Shown here: piece after piece, positions 13,515-26,300 of the stretch
Layout of the letters: each line of letters starts with the position of its first letter
Position numbering within the stretch: the stretch's first letter is position 1
DNA from: Octopus sinensis
Lineage: Eukaryota
Reading direction: 5' to 3'
Assembly: GCF_006345805.1 (NCBI RefSeq)
Contig: NC_043007.1
Coordinates: 19,654,001-19,718,000, forward strand
Length of the DNA stretch: 64,000 nucleotides
The notes under the pieces: model-generated
What the model saw: the letters and a program-made list of their open reading frames with translations, nothing else
What the model was told of the DNA's origin: nothing
Databases searched by the model: none
Position numbers and translations under genes: made by a program

Positions 13515-13868
13515 GGAGGCGCAATGGCCCAGTGGTTAGGGCAGCGGACTCGCGGTTTCGATTCCCAGGGGCGTTGTGAGTGTTTATTGAGCGAAAACAC
13601 CTAAAAGCTCCACGAGGCTCCGGCAGGGGATGGTGGTGATCCCTGCTGTACTCTTTCACCACAACTTTCTCTCATTCTTACTTCCTGCTTCTGTTGTACC
13701 TGTATTTCAAGGGGCCGGCCTTGTCACTCTCTATGTCACGCTGAATATCCCCGAGAACTACGTTAAGGGTGGAGTGCTCAGCCACTTACACGTTAATTTC
13801 ACGAGCAGGCTGTTCCGTTGATTCGGATCAACCGGGACCCTCGTCGTCGTAACCGACGGAGTGCTTCC
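13515..13868 (+). mobile_element. SINE family A (tail type 1)
   Basis: Near copy of 2678-3060 with small deletions. Confidence 0.85.
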
Positions 13869-14724
13869 TCCTCCTTAGATCGTGATTACTGCTTTTACGA
13901 AATCAGGCATTAATGTGTCGTAGTGTTAAATTGGTAGGAGATGATTGTGCAAAAACGGTTTCACCTTCAAAATCTGCTTTCTTCATTTTGCTGACTGCTC
14001 TGCAAAATGACACCATTTTTGAACTTGTTTTCCAAGAACAGGTCGCGGTCTCAAAGCAACGAAAATATTTTGACAAATTAAATTTAAACGTCGAAGTGAA
14101 TCTAATGGATTTTGTGTGTTTCTTAAATGGATTATAAACACCTTCCACGCTGCGATTATTATAACTCTGCTGCCTGCTCCATTGAATTATGGTGTGAGTA
14201 GTCGAGTATTCCACAGACACTTGTACTCAGAGTATCAGTATGACACTGTGTAACAAGACTGGGTTCTTGTAGATTAATCCGTCTGATAAGTTCTCAAAGA
14301 GTCCCCAATTTTTCCCAGTTCCACCATAACCAGGCCTAGGTCTAACTCGGGGCAATGGTAAACATAAACATTTGTACAAGATATCATTATGAGGGATTGG
14401 ATTCCAGGAATTCAAACATTGCAAAAAAAAAAAAATGATTTCAGATCAGGTCACTTGCTATGCAAGTACATCTCCGAAAAATAACCTTTTTTTTTTTCTA
14501 TAAAAATGTTGGCCCGTAGGAAAAGTAAGGAAAACTTGATCAGTCCCTTATTGTTCTGATTAATTGAGAAACAAGGTAGAACAATGAAAGCCACAAAAAC
14601 AGGTTTTTGAAAGAAGAATAAAAGATGTGCAGACACGAGTTGCTTCCAAAACACGTTCAGCTTCGGCGAAAAAGAATAATAAATTCAAATAGTTTCATTG
14701 CTATTGCAACTTGTTGTAACGCAT

Positions 14725-15240
14725 GGCCGAACACGGTTGTGTGTGTGTGAACATGTGTGTGTGTGTGCGTGTGTGTGTGTGTGCGTGTGTGTGTGTGTGA
14801 ACATGTGTGAGTGTGTGTGTATGTGTTTGTGTGACGGTGTGTGTATGCGTTTGTGAGTGCGTGTGTGTGTGTGTGTGAGTGTGTGTGTGTGTGTTGTTTG
14901 TGTGTGTGTATGTGTTTGTGTGACGGTGTATGTATGCGTTTGTGAGTGTGTGTGTTTTTTTTGTGTGTATGTGTGTGTGAGTGTGTGTGTATGTTTGTGT
15001 GTGTGTATGTGTGTGTGTGTGTGTGAGTGTGCGTATGTGCGTGTTTGTGTGTGTGTATGTGTTTGTGTGACGGTGTGTGTATGCGTTTGTGTGAATCTGT
15101 TAGTGTTTGTGTGTGTGTATGTGTGTGAGGGTGCGTGTATGTATCTGTGTGAGTATGTGTGCATGTGTGATGGAGTGTGTGTATTTGTGTATGTGTGTGT
15201 GTGTGTGTGTGTGTGTATGTGAGTGTGTGTGTGTGTTCGT
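14725..15240. repeat. Degenerate (GT)n microsatellite
   Basis: Direct inspection. Confidence 0.95.
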
Positions 15241-15574
15241 GTAACGATGTGTGTGTTGGTGAGGTGGAGTATATTGTTTAGTGCTGTGTGTTAAAGATCA
15301 ATTGAAAGTTGCCTATGGACTGGAAAGAGACCAAAATATGCTTTTTACGAAAGGCCATGCTGGGGCACCGCGTTTAAGAATTTTTAATCAAATGACTCGA
15401 CCCCACTCCCAGTACTTTTTTTTTAAAGCCAGGAACTTATTCTGTCGGACTCTTATATCAAACCGCTAAGTTACAAGGACGTAAGCACACCAGCACCACT
15501 TGTCAAACGGTTGTGGGAGAAAAAGACACAAAGACACCCCAGTCTCCCTCATATATATATGTGTATGTATGTGT

Positions 15575-16080
<506 letters not shown>

Positions 16081-16129
16081 TGTGTGTGTGTGTGTGTGTG
16101 CGTGTGTATAAAATACAAAATGGGACAAG

Positions 16130-16628
16130 AATGCAAAACATCAGGACAACTAGATGGCACAAAATAGGACAACAAAACATCCAGATAGATGATACAAAAA
16201 AACGAGGACGGGTCATTCGAAGTTTTCTGTCTTCAGTCAAGAACCAGATTATCCTCGCAATTTCGGCTGATTATTCTTGAGACGCGTGTCTGCCAAGTTT
16301 GTGCCAAAACTGCTTTCAGCTGACCAAAAAGACGCTCGGGTTTCAGTTGCACAAGATCTCCTTGATTGTATTGAGAACGATGGAAACTTTTTGAAAACAC
16401 TGAGTAGGCCTCTGAGCAGGTTTCGCCAAGCTTTTTGGCAAAATTTGATGCAGATTCTCAACTTTCTCTGTCATGGTCAATGCAACGATCACACGCTACA
16501 CACGTTCCTTCCAAGCACTGCTGTAAACAGCGGAAGTAAGCTAGAACCTTAAAACTTAGTGCGCACTCTATAAGCTGTAGCTTCGTTACTATGGCAACAG
16601 TCCGGATACTTATTGATCAGACCTCGTA
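16130..16628 (+). mobile_element. Internally deleted mariner transposon fragment with 3' TIR
   Basis: RRVSAKFVPKLLSADQKDARVSVAQDLL (mariner WVPKxL-type linker region); 3' end ...TCCGGATACTTATTGATCAGACCTCG-TA. Confidence 0.8.
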
Positions 16629-17296
16629 TACTCTTTACTCTTTTATTTGTTCCAGTCATTTGACTGCGACTATGCTGGAGCACCGCCTTTGTTCATATAT
16701 TAATACAAAAATATAACCTAAAAGAATAAATAAATAAATAAATAATCAAAAATATTCTAAAAGAAATAAATAATAGAAATATTCTATTATTGTGTTTTTT
16801 CCCCTTAACTCGGTCGGTAGGAGAAGAATTTTGCAACTGCTCTCTTATCTCAAGACAATGAGCCTGTCCTTTTATTTAACGGCATGTCAGTTTTGGGGAA
16901 TTTAAAGATTTCCAGATTATCTCTCCTCCTCAAGTGAAGCTAGTCTCAACAACCAATTAGCAATTGTGGAATATCAGAAGGCGATAATTTTAATAAATCA
17001 AGAATTTATGTTGTATGGTATATGATATGCCTGTATTTGTGTCTACGTGCCTGAAATACATGCCAATGGCCATTCCTAGTTATTTCTCTGAGCTTATTTT
17101 TGTTTAAATTATATCCACACCTATTTTTAATCTTGATGTTGGTGCAAAAAATAGTTCATATTACAGATGGAGTTTTACGATATTCCGTTTTAACAAAAAA
17201 ACAACCCGAAACAACGAAGCTAATTGTTTCTTTACCACTGCCATATCTCTTGATATTACATTCTAAAGCTTTGTTTCATTATATAGTTTTGATGGG

Positions 17297-17880
17297 GGCA
17301 GCGAGCTGGCAGAATCGCTAGCACGCCGGGCGAAATGCTTAGCGGTATTTCGTCTGCCGTTACGTTCTGAGTTCAAATTCCACCGAGGTCGACTTTGCCT
17401 TTCATCCTTTCAGTGTCAATTAAATAAGTTACGCACTGGGGTCGAAGTAATCGACTCAATCCGTTTGTCTGTCCTCTCTGTGTTTAGCCCCTTGTGGTAG
17501 TAAAGAAATAGGTATTTCGTCTGCCTTTACGTTCTGAGTTCAAATTCTGCCAAGGTCGACTTTGCCTTTCATCCATTCGGGGTCGATAAATTAAGTACCA
17601 GTTACGCACTAGTCGATATAATCGACTTAATCCATTTGTCTGTCCTTGTTTGTCCCCTCTATGTTTAGCCCCTTGTGGGCAATAAAGAAATAAGAATCGT
17701 TAACGCGCCGGGTGAACTGCTAAACGGCATTTCGTCAGCCGTTACGTTCTGAGTTCAAATTACACCGCGGTCGATTTTGCCTTTGATCCTTTTGGAGTCG
17801 ATAAAATTAGTACCAGTTACGCACTGGGATCGATGTAATCGACTTAATCCCTTCCCCCAAAATCTGAGGCCTTGCGCTTC
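17297..17880 (+). mobile_element. Tandem array of SINE family C units
   Basis: One head followed by repeated ~180-bp body units restarting at GTATTTCGTCTGCC. Confidence 0.8.
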
Positions 17881-18422
17881 CAGTAGAAAGGGTTCAGTAT
17901 TTTTGATTTTTCTCAGAGAGTCTTTGACCCTGGGCCGCGATCGAAGAACTTTAGTAAACGTCATCAACTTTTCAGTTATTACTAATTTCTTTCTTTTCTC
18001 TCTTTTAATGAGGATTCTTGGATCCTCTCTTACCTTTTAGTTGTTTTATTCATTAGGCAGCGGTCATACTGGGGCACCTCTTTAAAGGATTTATTTAAAG
18101 AAATCAACCTCAGTTCTTTCTTTTTTTTTGTCCGGTACTTATTCTGTCTTTTATTTTGCCGAACCGCTAAGTAACAGATGTAAACAAACCAACACTGGAG
18201 CTCCAGGGAGAAGAACACACACATGTATGTATCTAGAAAAGGCTTCCACTCAGTTTCCATCCCGCATATCCATTCACAATGTACAAAATACTTGCTGAAA
18301 GTTCCATTCGGTGGGACTGAATCCAAAACTACATGGTTGTGCAAAATGAGTTTCTATCCACAGTCGATTGTAGAGATTTTCTCCATTAACGTTCTATGAC
18401 GTTTTTCTTCTTCCGTCTATGA

Positions 18423-18790
18423 TTTATTACCTCCCCTTAGCGAAAGCGGCCGTATAGTTTTTAGTCGCATTTGTTTGTCTGTCTGTGGACAAGATATCTC
18501 AAGAACCACTGGATGGATTCGGATGAAACTTTCAGGGATGTTTGGCCTCGTGACTGGCGTGAACTGATTAGATTTTGGGATTGATCCGGTACCGGACAAG
18601 GATTCTGAATTGTTTTTCCATTTTTTTAAACTTAATTTTTGAGAGCGGTCGGGTTCATTTTTAGTATTCTCGTTTGAGAGAGCAGTGGAGTTTATTTAAG
18701 ATATTCTCATTTTAAAAATCTTCTCTGGCTAATCGTTGAGAGGACGTTGGTGTCGCCTTGATGGAGGTTTGCATTCTCTAAATGCTCTTG
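18423..18790 (+). mobile_element. Probable non-autonomous Helentron/DINE-like element
   Basis: 5' TTATTACCTCC...(GTCT)n tract and 3' GCCTTGATGGAGGTTTGCATTCTC with sub-terminal inverted ACCTCC/GGAGGT, the usual layout of these elements. Confidence 0.55.
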
Positions 18791-20800
18791 TTATCAACTG
18801 CGAAAGGATCAAAGGAAAAGTCGACCATAGCGAGATCTGAAATTAATACATATTGTTGCAAAGCGGTCTTTTACCACTGTTGTGTTTATCTTTTGACGAC
18901 GGATGTCACTCTGACAGACATTATTATATTCCGAAGGCGTCGATAGAAATGGTTCTATCCGGCACTGTACAACCCCCAGTCCTAAGTGTTATTAACCTCA
19001 AATGGTTGGATCGTTATAAAGTCCAGTCACTATCACAGTATGATTTACTATATCAGCACAGACACGACTATCAACACTGTCTACACGTACTCTCGACCTT
19101 TTCAGCCTTCTCCTGTAGACCGGCTATTGGTTTCTTTATAGTGGCTGGCTACTACCACTTTTTACCATGAAGGGTGTAGGCTTTCCCTATACAACACAGA
19201 AAAAGACGAAAGAAATACAGCTCGGCATTTTGTCCGACACACTGACAATTTTGCCAGCTCGCCGCTCTCTGGATCTTGAATATTAGTTTCAAATTTCGAA
19301 ACAAGGCCAGCAATTTTGAGGGGAGGGGTAAGTCGATTACATCGACCCCAGTGCGTAACTGGTACTTATTTCGTCAACCCCGAAAGGATGAAAGGCAAAG
19401 TCGACTTCGGCGGAATTTGAACCCAGAACGTAAAGACGGACGAAATACTGCTGAGCACTTTGCCCCGTGTGCTAACGATTCTGCCAGATCGCCGCCTTGA
19501 TGTTGAACTTTAAACTCAATTTTATTTCGTTTGGGAGTAATTTATATTGGCTAGCTTTACGTAATTTGGTTTGTCTTATAGGGAAGATTTTATTTAATAG
19601 CTTCTAATTACAGAACAACTCTCTCCCCCCCCCCTGTCTGGTCACCATGGTAAACATCTGAGTTAGTTGTTAGGGTGATGTAGTCTGAACATAACCATTA
19701 TCTTCCCTACCTATACCATATTAAAGGACATGATGGTGTTTACAAACCTATTGCCTTGTTGGTAGCATTTAGTTCGCTTTTAACTATTAACCTAATTTTT
19801 TGTAACCTTTTCTTTCCTGTATATTACTCTGTTGCTAATTAATTACAATTAATTTGTAAGTTTGTATTTATCATTTGCCTTTTTTTTTAAAATCTGTTTC
19901 AATCATTAGATTGTGGCCATCTTGGGCGGAACCCCTTTGAAGGGTTTCCGTCGAACAAATCGACCCCAGGGTTTATTTTTCTCTTTTGAGTCTGGTACTT
20001 ATTCTATCATATTCTTTTTTCCAACCCGCTAAGTTACGGGATGCAAACAAACCAACGCCAGTTATCAAGTGGTGGTGGAGCGCACAGACACACACAACAG
20101 GTTTCAAAAGTTTCCTTCAAGCAAATTCATAACCCTTGGCCCAGGGCTGTAGTAGAAGACACTTGTTCAAGGTGCCACACAGTGGGACTGAACTTGAAAT
20201 GCACAAAAATAAAAGGGGGGGGGGCCCTCAGGACTCCAATGTCCTTTTGTGTAATTCCAAACCCGCTGGCTCATGAAGGATTAAAGGTGTTAGCAATGGT
20301 CAGAAAAGGGGGTTGAAAAAAGAAGCTGGAACCTTGCAGTTCAAACTGGGACAGGTTTCGTTTTTAAAGTTTCCTATTTTGTTATGATCTGCACATCTCT
20401 TATCCATTTACTTATGACATATTCAATCTGGTTTCATATCATTTCTGCCGCCTTATTCCTGTATAATTCAAGAATCTGTGGCTGAGAGACTGTGTTGAAC
20501 CCTCTCTGGTAATCCATACCCAGCCCCTTGTTTCTTCTAAAGCCTTCAATAAATCTTTTCTGATTGAGAAAGATTGGTCTTTGTCTGAGAGAATATCTCT
20601 TCATAGAACTGTAAGGTTAAAATCATAAATATCTGTGCGAGGTGATCATCATCTCAGCAGTGACTTATGAGATTTCAGATGCATTTCAGCCTTCTTAGGC
20701 TCTGTCAATGACGTGGATCCAATCACTGAGTGCCTAAACAAAATCCATCCCTTGAATCACTGTTACTGCATAGAACTTTTTGGGTTGTTTTCTAGGCATA

Positions 20801-21210
20801 GGCGCAGGAGTGGCTGTGTGGTAAGCAGTTTGCTAACCAACCACATGGTTCCGGGTTCAGTCCCACTGCGTGGCATCTTGGGCAAGTGTCTTCTGCTATA
20901 GCCCCGGGCTGACCAATGCCTTGTGAGTGGATTTGGTAGACGGAAACTGAAAGAAGCCCGTCGTATATATGTATATATATATATATATAAGTGTGTGTAT
21001 ATGTTTGTGTGTTTGTCCCCCTAGCATTGCTTGACAACCGATGCTGGTGTGTTTACGTCCCCGTCACTTAGCGGTTCGGCAAAAGAGACCGATAGAATAA
21101 GTACTGGGCTTACAAAGAATAAGTCCCAGGGTCGATTTGCTCGACTAAAGGCGGTGCTCCAGCATGGCCGCAGTCAAATGACTGAAACAAGTAAAAGAGT
21201 AAAAGAGAGA
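20801..21210 (+). mobile_element. SINE family B, full length
   Basis: Head to tail, nearly the same as 46788-47195. Confidence 0.85.
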
Positions 21211-21392
21211 GAGAGAGAGAGAGAGAGTATCTGAGAGACAAATTTTGTAGTCTTAGATATACACAAAAACCAGATGGGATGGTCATGTCAGAAATGTTTT
21301 TGACCATAAGTCAACCACAAATTAAGAATGAGCTGGAAACAAACAACAACAAAAGAATGAAGAACTTACAACATTATTTCCTGATTTTTGTC

Positions 21393-21398
21393 TTTATT
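21393..21398 (-). terminator. Candidate TKFC polyadenylation signal (AATAAA); alternative at 21806-21811
   Basis: AATAAA on the minus strand about 1 kb past the stop in an AT-rich region; no transcript data. Confidence 0.3.
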
Positions 21399-22424
21399 GG
21401 TTGATAAATACAAAAATAAAATTGGCAAAGAAAATAAATTCATTTAATAATTCTTAATCAAAAATAATTTGTAATTAAAAAAAATAATTCCCTTTAACTC
21501 CAGAATACTGTAATTAATAATATTTAACTCCAGAATACTATAATTAATAATATTAATTACATCTGTATTTTTACTGCTTTACCAGATTATTTTCATAATT
21601 ATTCTTATAATTATTATTAATAATGCTCTAATGTGTTCGTGTGCGCACATACACCCCTGGCAATTCCCTTTTAAGTTATATTGTTTGGTTTGCTGAAAGC
21701 TGACAATTTAACACTTTCCTTACTATATTTCCATTGAAATAATCTACATTTGTTCCAATTAATCATGAAATAAAGATGCAATTTGAGGGAGATTTGGCTG
21801 CTATTTTTATTAAGAAAGCTATATAAACAGACTATTTTGATGGCACAGTATGAATGGTCGATATAGTGGCCCTTTTATAGTTTCAATCCAACAATGTTCA
21901 TCCAAGGGCTCATGTATCCAGGATTCTTGCCATTAAGATCGAGGCTAACCCCTTAATATTTGTTTCAAATTTTGGTACAAGGCCAGCAATTTCTGGGGTG
22001 AGGGTAAGTCGATTACATCAACCTCAGTATGCAACTGGTACCCCAAGAGGATGAAAAGGCAAAGTTGACACTGGCGGAATTTGAACCCAGGACGTAAAGA
22101 TGGACAAAAAAACCCTTAATATTAATGGCAAAATTCTTATTCCTTAAGCAATGAGAGGATGTCTTCTGATTGATTCATAGTGCCACTCAGCATCTCCCAC
22201 ACTGAATGGAACCCTCATTCCATATATGGTAATGCCAATGGTAATAACAGTAATGGCAATTGTGATGATGATGGTGATAATATTGCCACGGCAATCATGA
22301 AATGGAAGAGATAGCACATATCATGATTGTTTTTCTCTGATCATTCTAAACATCACAGAATCTTGAATAAAGGGCTGTATAAGCTATGATAAAGTGACAA
22401 TCTGGTCCCTCTTGCAGCAACTTC

Positions 22425-22571
22425 TCACAAATTATCTAGAATCGCCCTCAACCAAAGTGCAACCCCAACTGCCCCAGGATCAGGTCGATCGAGTAACTCG
22501 GAACTCACATAGCTGGCACGTCCTGCTTGGGCAGACATGGACTTTGTGGCTTCAGCACCCGATTCAGCTGC
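22425..22571 (-). CDS. TKFC: TKFC last coding exon ([21 protein letters not shown]...[19 protein letters not shown])
   Basis: tgacag acceptor, C-terminal DhaL motifs, TGA at 22425-22427. Confidence 0.94.
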   Translation of the reverse strand, partial: AAESGAEATKSMSAQAGRASYVSSELLDRPDPGAVGVALWLRAILDNL

Positions 22572-22642
22572 CTGTCATCCAAATTCGTGGTCATTGTAAT
22601 GATGAAAAAGAAAAACAAAGGGCAACATAGCTTTTATATATA

Positions 22643-22686
<44 letters not shown>

Positions 22687-23308
22687 GTATTATATATATA
22701 CATATATATATACATATATATTTGTATATACATACACACACACATATATATACACATATATACACACACGTATATATACACACACATATATATACACATA
22801 TATACACACACGTATATATACACACACATATATATATACACACACACATATATGCACACACATACATATATATACCTGTTGTTTTTTATCTTTTACCTGT
22901 TTCAGTCATTGAACTGTGGCCATACTGGGGCAACAAAACCGTTCAAGACACTGCTCCAGCTTGGCCATAGTCCAATGAATGAAACAAGTAAAACAATACA
23001 AGGAAGTGTGTATTTGTGTGTGTGCACATACATATATACATAGATACACACCCACCCACACACACACACAAACATACACATAAGCATGCGTACATACGTA
23101 TACACACATACACATGTACATAACCACATATACACACATACACATACATATATATATACCTTGTATTTTTCTGTGTCCCTTTCTGTAGAAGAGCATAGAC
23201 TCAAAACGTAAAAGACTTTTTCTATTCCTGAGAGTTATACTCATACATATGTTTATTTTGTACACACCTGTCTTCGTCTTTTGTTTTTTTCGTAAACTCT
23301 CCCCATAT

Positions 23309-23339
<31 letters not shown>

Positions 23340-26300
23340 CGTGTTTACATACATATACACATACATTACTACACGGATACACATCCATCCATCTATACAT
23401 CCATACACACCCATACAATGCACCCAGATAACTGCTTACCTCGACAGCCAGCCTGAAGGAACTAACCAAATCTTTTTCTTTCAAGGTTTTTCCAAACATT
23501 TCATAAGCAGAGTGCAATGGGTCGACCTGGATGACACAGAAGACAATTAAATGAATTTCAATTCTAATTCAGTTTTTAGATTTGGTTTGCAAGATTCATT
23601 ATGTGACTTCGTGTGTTGAAACATATTCTGTTGTGTCTGGGGAGAGTCATTCTCTTTTGGTGCCTTATAATTTGACACACTCACCGGTAAAGTTTCCACT
23701 TATTTCCTTCTTTCTTTTTTTATTATTTTTCTAAAATTTTCGTTGTGTCTTGCAACCTTTTCAATAGTCTTGACAATTCCATTTTCAAATCCTCTGTGTG
23801 AAAAGTCTGACTGCATACACGTTAGCGTATCCAGTGAGTTCTATTCAACACATGTTTACACGGGAAATTAGCAGAATCATTATTAACTTTAGATGGCTCG
23901 CAGGCGAGGTGAGTAAATTAGTGTGAGAGATAGACTGGCAATACTTCTGCGCTACCAGCAAACTAAAGATGGGGTCGCAAATGAAACAGTGAGTGATCTT
24001 TGCAATGCCTTTCAAGTAGACCGCAATATACCAGTGTCAAATAGTTGACTGTCGTGGTGGTAAAAGATTCGTGTAATAAATTTTGTGCTTATTTTGTTAC
24101 ATAATATATATTTTTTCGGATGCAGCCAGACTTTTCACACAGAGGTAATTTTGAAAGGTAATCTACAATCGAATCAACCATGGGACAGATGATGCTCTCA
24201 TTGCTGTTTAGACCTAGGTTGACTGTAATAACGCTGCACCATCCACAGATTGCAGCTAGACTGCATCAAGCCCAGACTGGAGCACTGCAACATATTATAT
24301 AATCAACCAAAGCACAGGAGTGGCTGTGTGGTTAGAAGCTTGCTTCCCAACCCCATGGTTACGGGTTCAGTCTCACTGCGTGACACCTTGGGCAAGTATC
24401 TTCTACTATAGTCTCGGGCTGACCAAAGCCTTGTGAGTGGATTTGGTAGACGGAAACTGGAAGAAGCCCATCATATCATCATCATCATCATCATCATCAT
24501 TTAGCGTCCGTTTTCCATGCTAGCATGGGTTGGACGGTTCTACTGGGGTCTGTGAAGCCAGAAGGCTTCATCAGGCCCAGTCAAATCTGGCAGTGTTTCT
24601 ACGGCTGGATGCCCTTCCTAACGCCAACCACTCCGTGAGTGTAGTGGGTGCTTTTTACGTGCCACCCGCACTGGTGCCAGACAGAGCTGGCAAACGGCCA
24701 CGAACGGATGGTGCTTTTTATGTGCCACCGGCACGAGGGCCAGGCGAGGCTGGCAACGGACACGAAACGGGGCGGTGCTGGCAACGGTCGCGAAACGGAA
24801 AGTTCTCTTACATGCCACCGGCACTGGTAACACATCTGCAATTTCCATTGATCGATTTCCATTGATCGATTTCGATTCTGATCCTCACTTGCCTCAATGG
24901 GTCTTCACAAGCAGAGTTTCGACATGCCACCGGCACTGGTAGCACATCCGCAATTTCCATTGATCGATTTCGATTCTGATCCTCACTTGCCTCAACACGT
25001 CTTCACAAGTAGAGTTTTGTGTCCCAAGAAGGGAAGGTATGCATACGTAGGCTGGCTCCATCCCATGTAGAAGGCCACGGGTTGTGGACTCACTTGTCCT
25101 GCCGGGTCTTCTCGCGCACAGCACACTTCCAGAGGTCTTGGTCTCTAGTCATTTCCTCAGTGAGACCTAAAGTTCGAAGGTCGTGCTTCACCACCTCGTC
25201 CCAGGTTTTCCTGGGTCTGCCTCTTCCACAGGTTCCCTCAACCGCTAGGGTGTGGCACTTTTTCACACAACTATCTTCATCCATTCTCGCCACATGACCA
25301 TACCAGCGCAAACGTCTCTCTTGCACACCACAACTGATGCTTCTTAGGTCCAGCTTTTCTCTCAAGGTACTTACACTCTGCCGAGTGTGAGTACCGGCAT
25401 TACACATCCATCGCAGCATACTGGCTTCATTTCTAGCGAGCTTACGCATATCCTCAGCAGTCACGGCCCATGTTTCACTGCCATGTAGCATGGCTGTTCG
25501 TACACACGCATCATACAGTCTGCCTTTCACTCTGTGCGAGAGGCCATATATATATATATATATATATATTTGTGTGTGTGTATGCTTGTCTCTCTGCCAC
25601 TGCTTGACAACCAATGGTGGTGTGCTTATGTCCCTGTAACTTAGCAGTTTGGCAAAAAAAGAGCAACAGAATAAGTACAAGGCTTACAAAGAATAAGTCC
25701 TGGGTTTGATTTCTTCGACTAACACCCTTTAAGGTGGTACTCCAGATTGGCCACAATCAAATGACTGAAACAAGTATTGATTTTGGGTACTATTGATTAT
25801 AGGTCTGCTCAATTGGGCCCAGCCAAGATTTGGGTTAAACAACAATATCATTCTCAGAAATATTGATTACCAAGTCTCCTACGGTAACCAACACTCGCCA
25901 TTGTAAAAAAAAAAAAACAGAGGAAAACTCACCATAGTTCTATCTCCAGGATTGGCACCACTATACCTGTAATAAAAGAAGGGAAATTAGTCAATGGGAA
26001 ATTAGCTGGGATGTGACTGTAACTAAAAATCTGTTTTTTAAAAAAAGTTATTGTAAAAAGTCATCAAGTCTATTGAAGGTCGTCTCCTTAAAAAGATGTA
26101 CTCCTATACAAAATTCCAGTTACCTAGGGGCAAAACTAGCTTACAATCTGGAACATACACATATTCATATGTGTCATAGAGTAACTGCTGCATTTGTTGA
26201 GTATATAAACAGTTTGGTTGCCTGTTTCTCTGGAAACTGTCAGAATGATGTAGATGCCTTTGAGGAGAACCCGATAAGGTTCGAAAATCGATTAAGGTTG

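Noticed and set aside
17297-17880. Regularly spaced repeats as a CRISPR array (also 62775-63500)
   Set aside because: Units are 180-290 bp with no unique spacers, the context is eukaryotic, and there are no cas genes.
25090-25680. 196-aa ORF as a host gene
   Set aside because: Chimera of antisense SINE-B and TA repeat fused in frame to the RTE ORF2 C-terminus.
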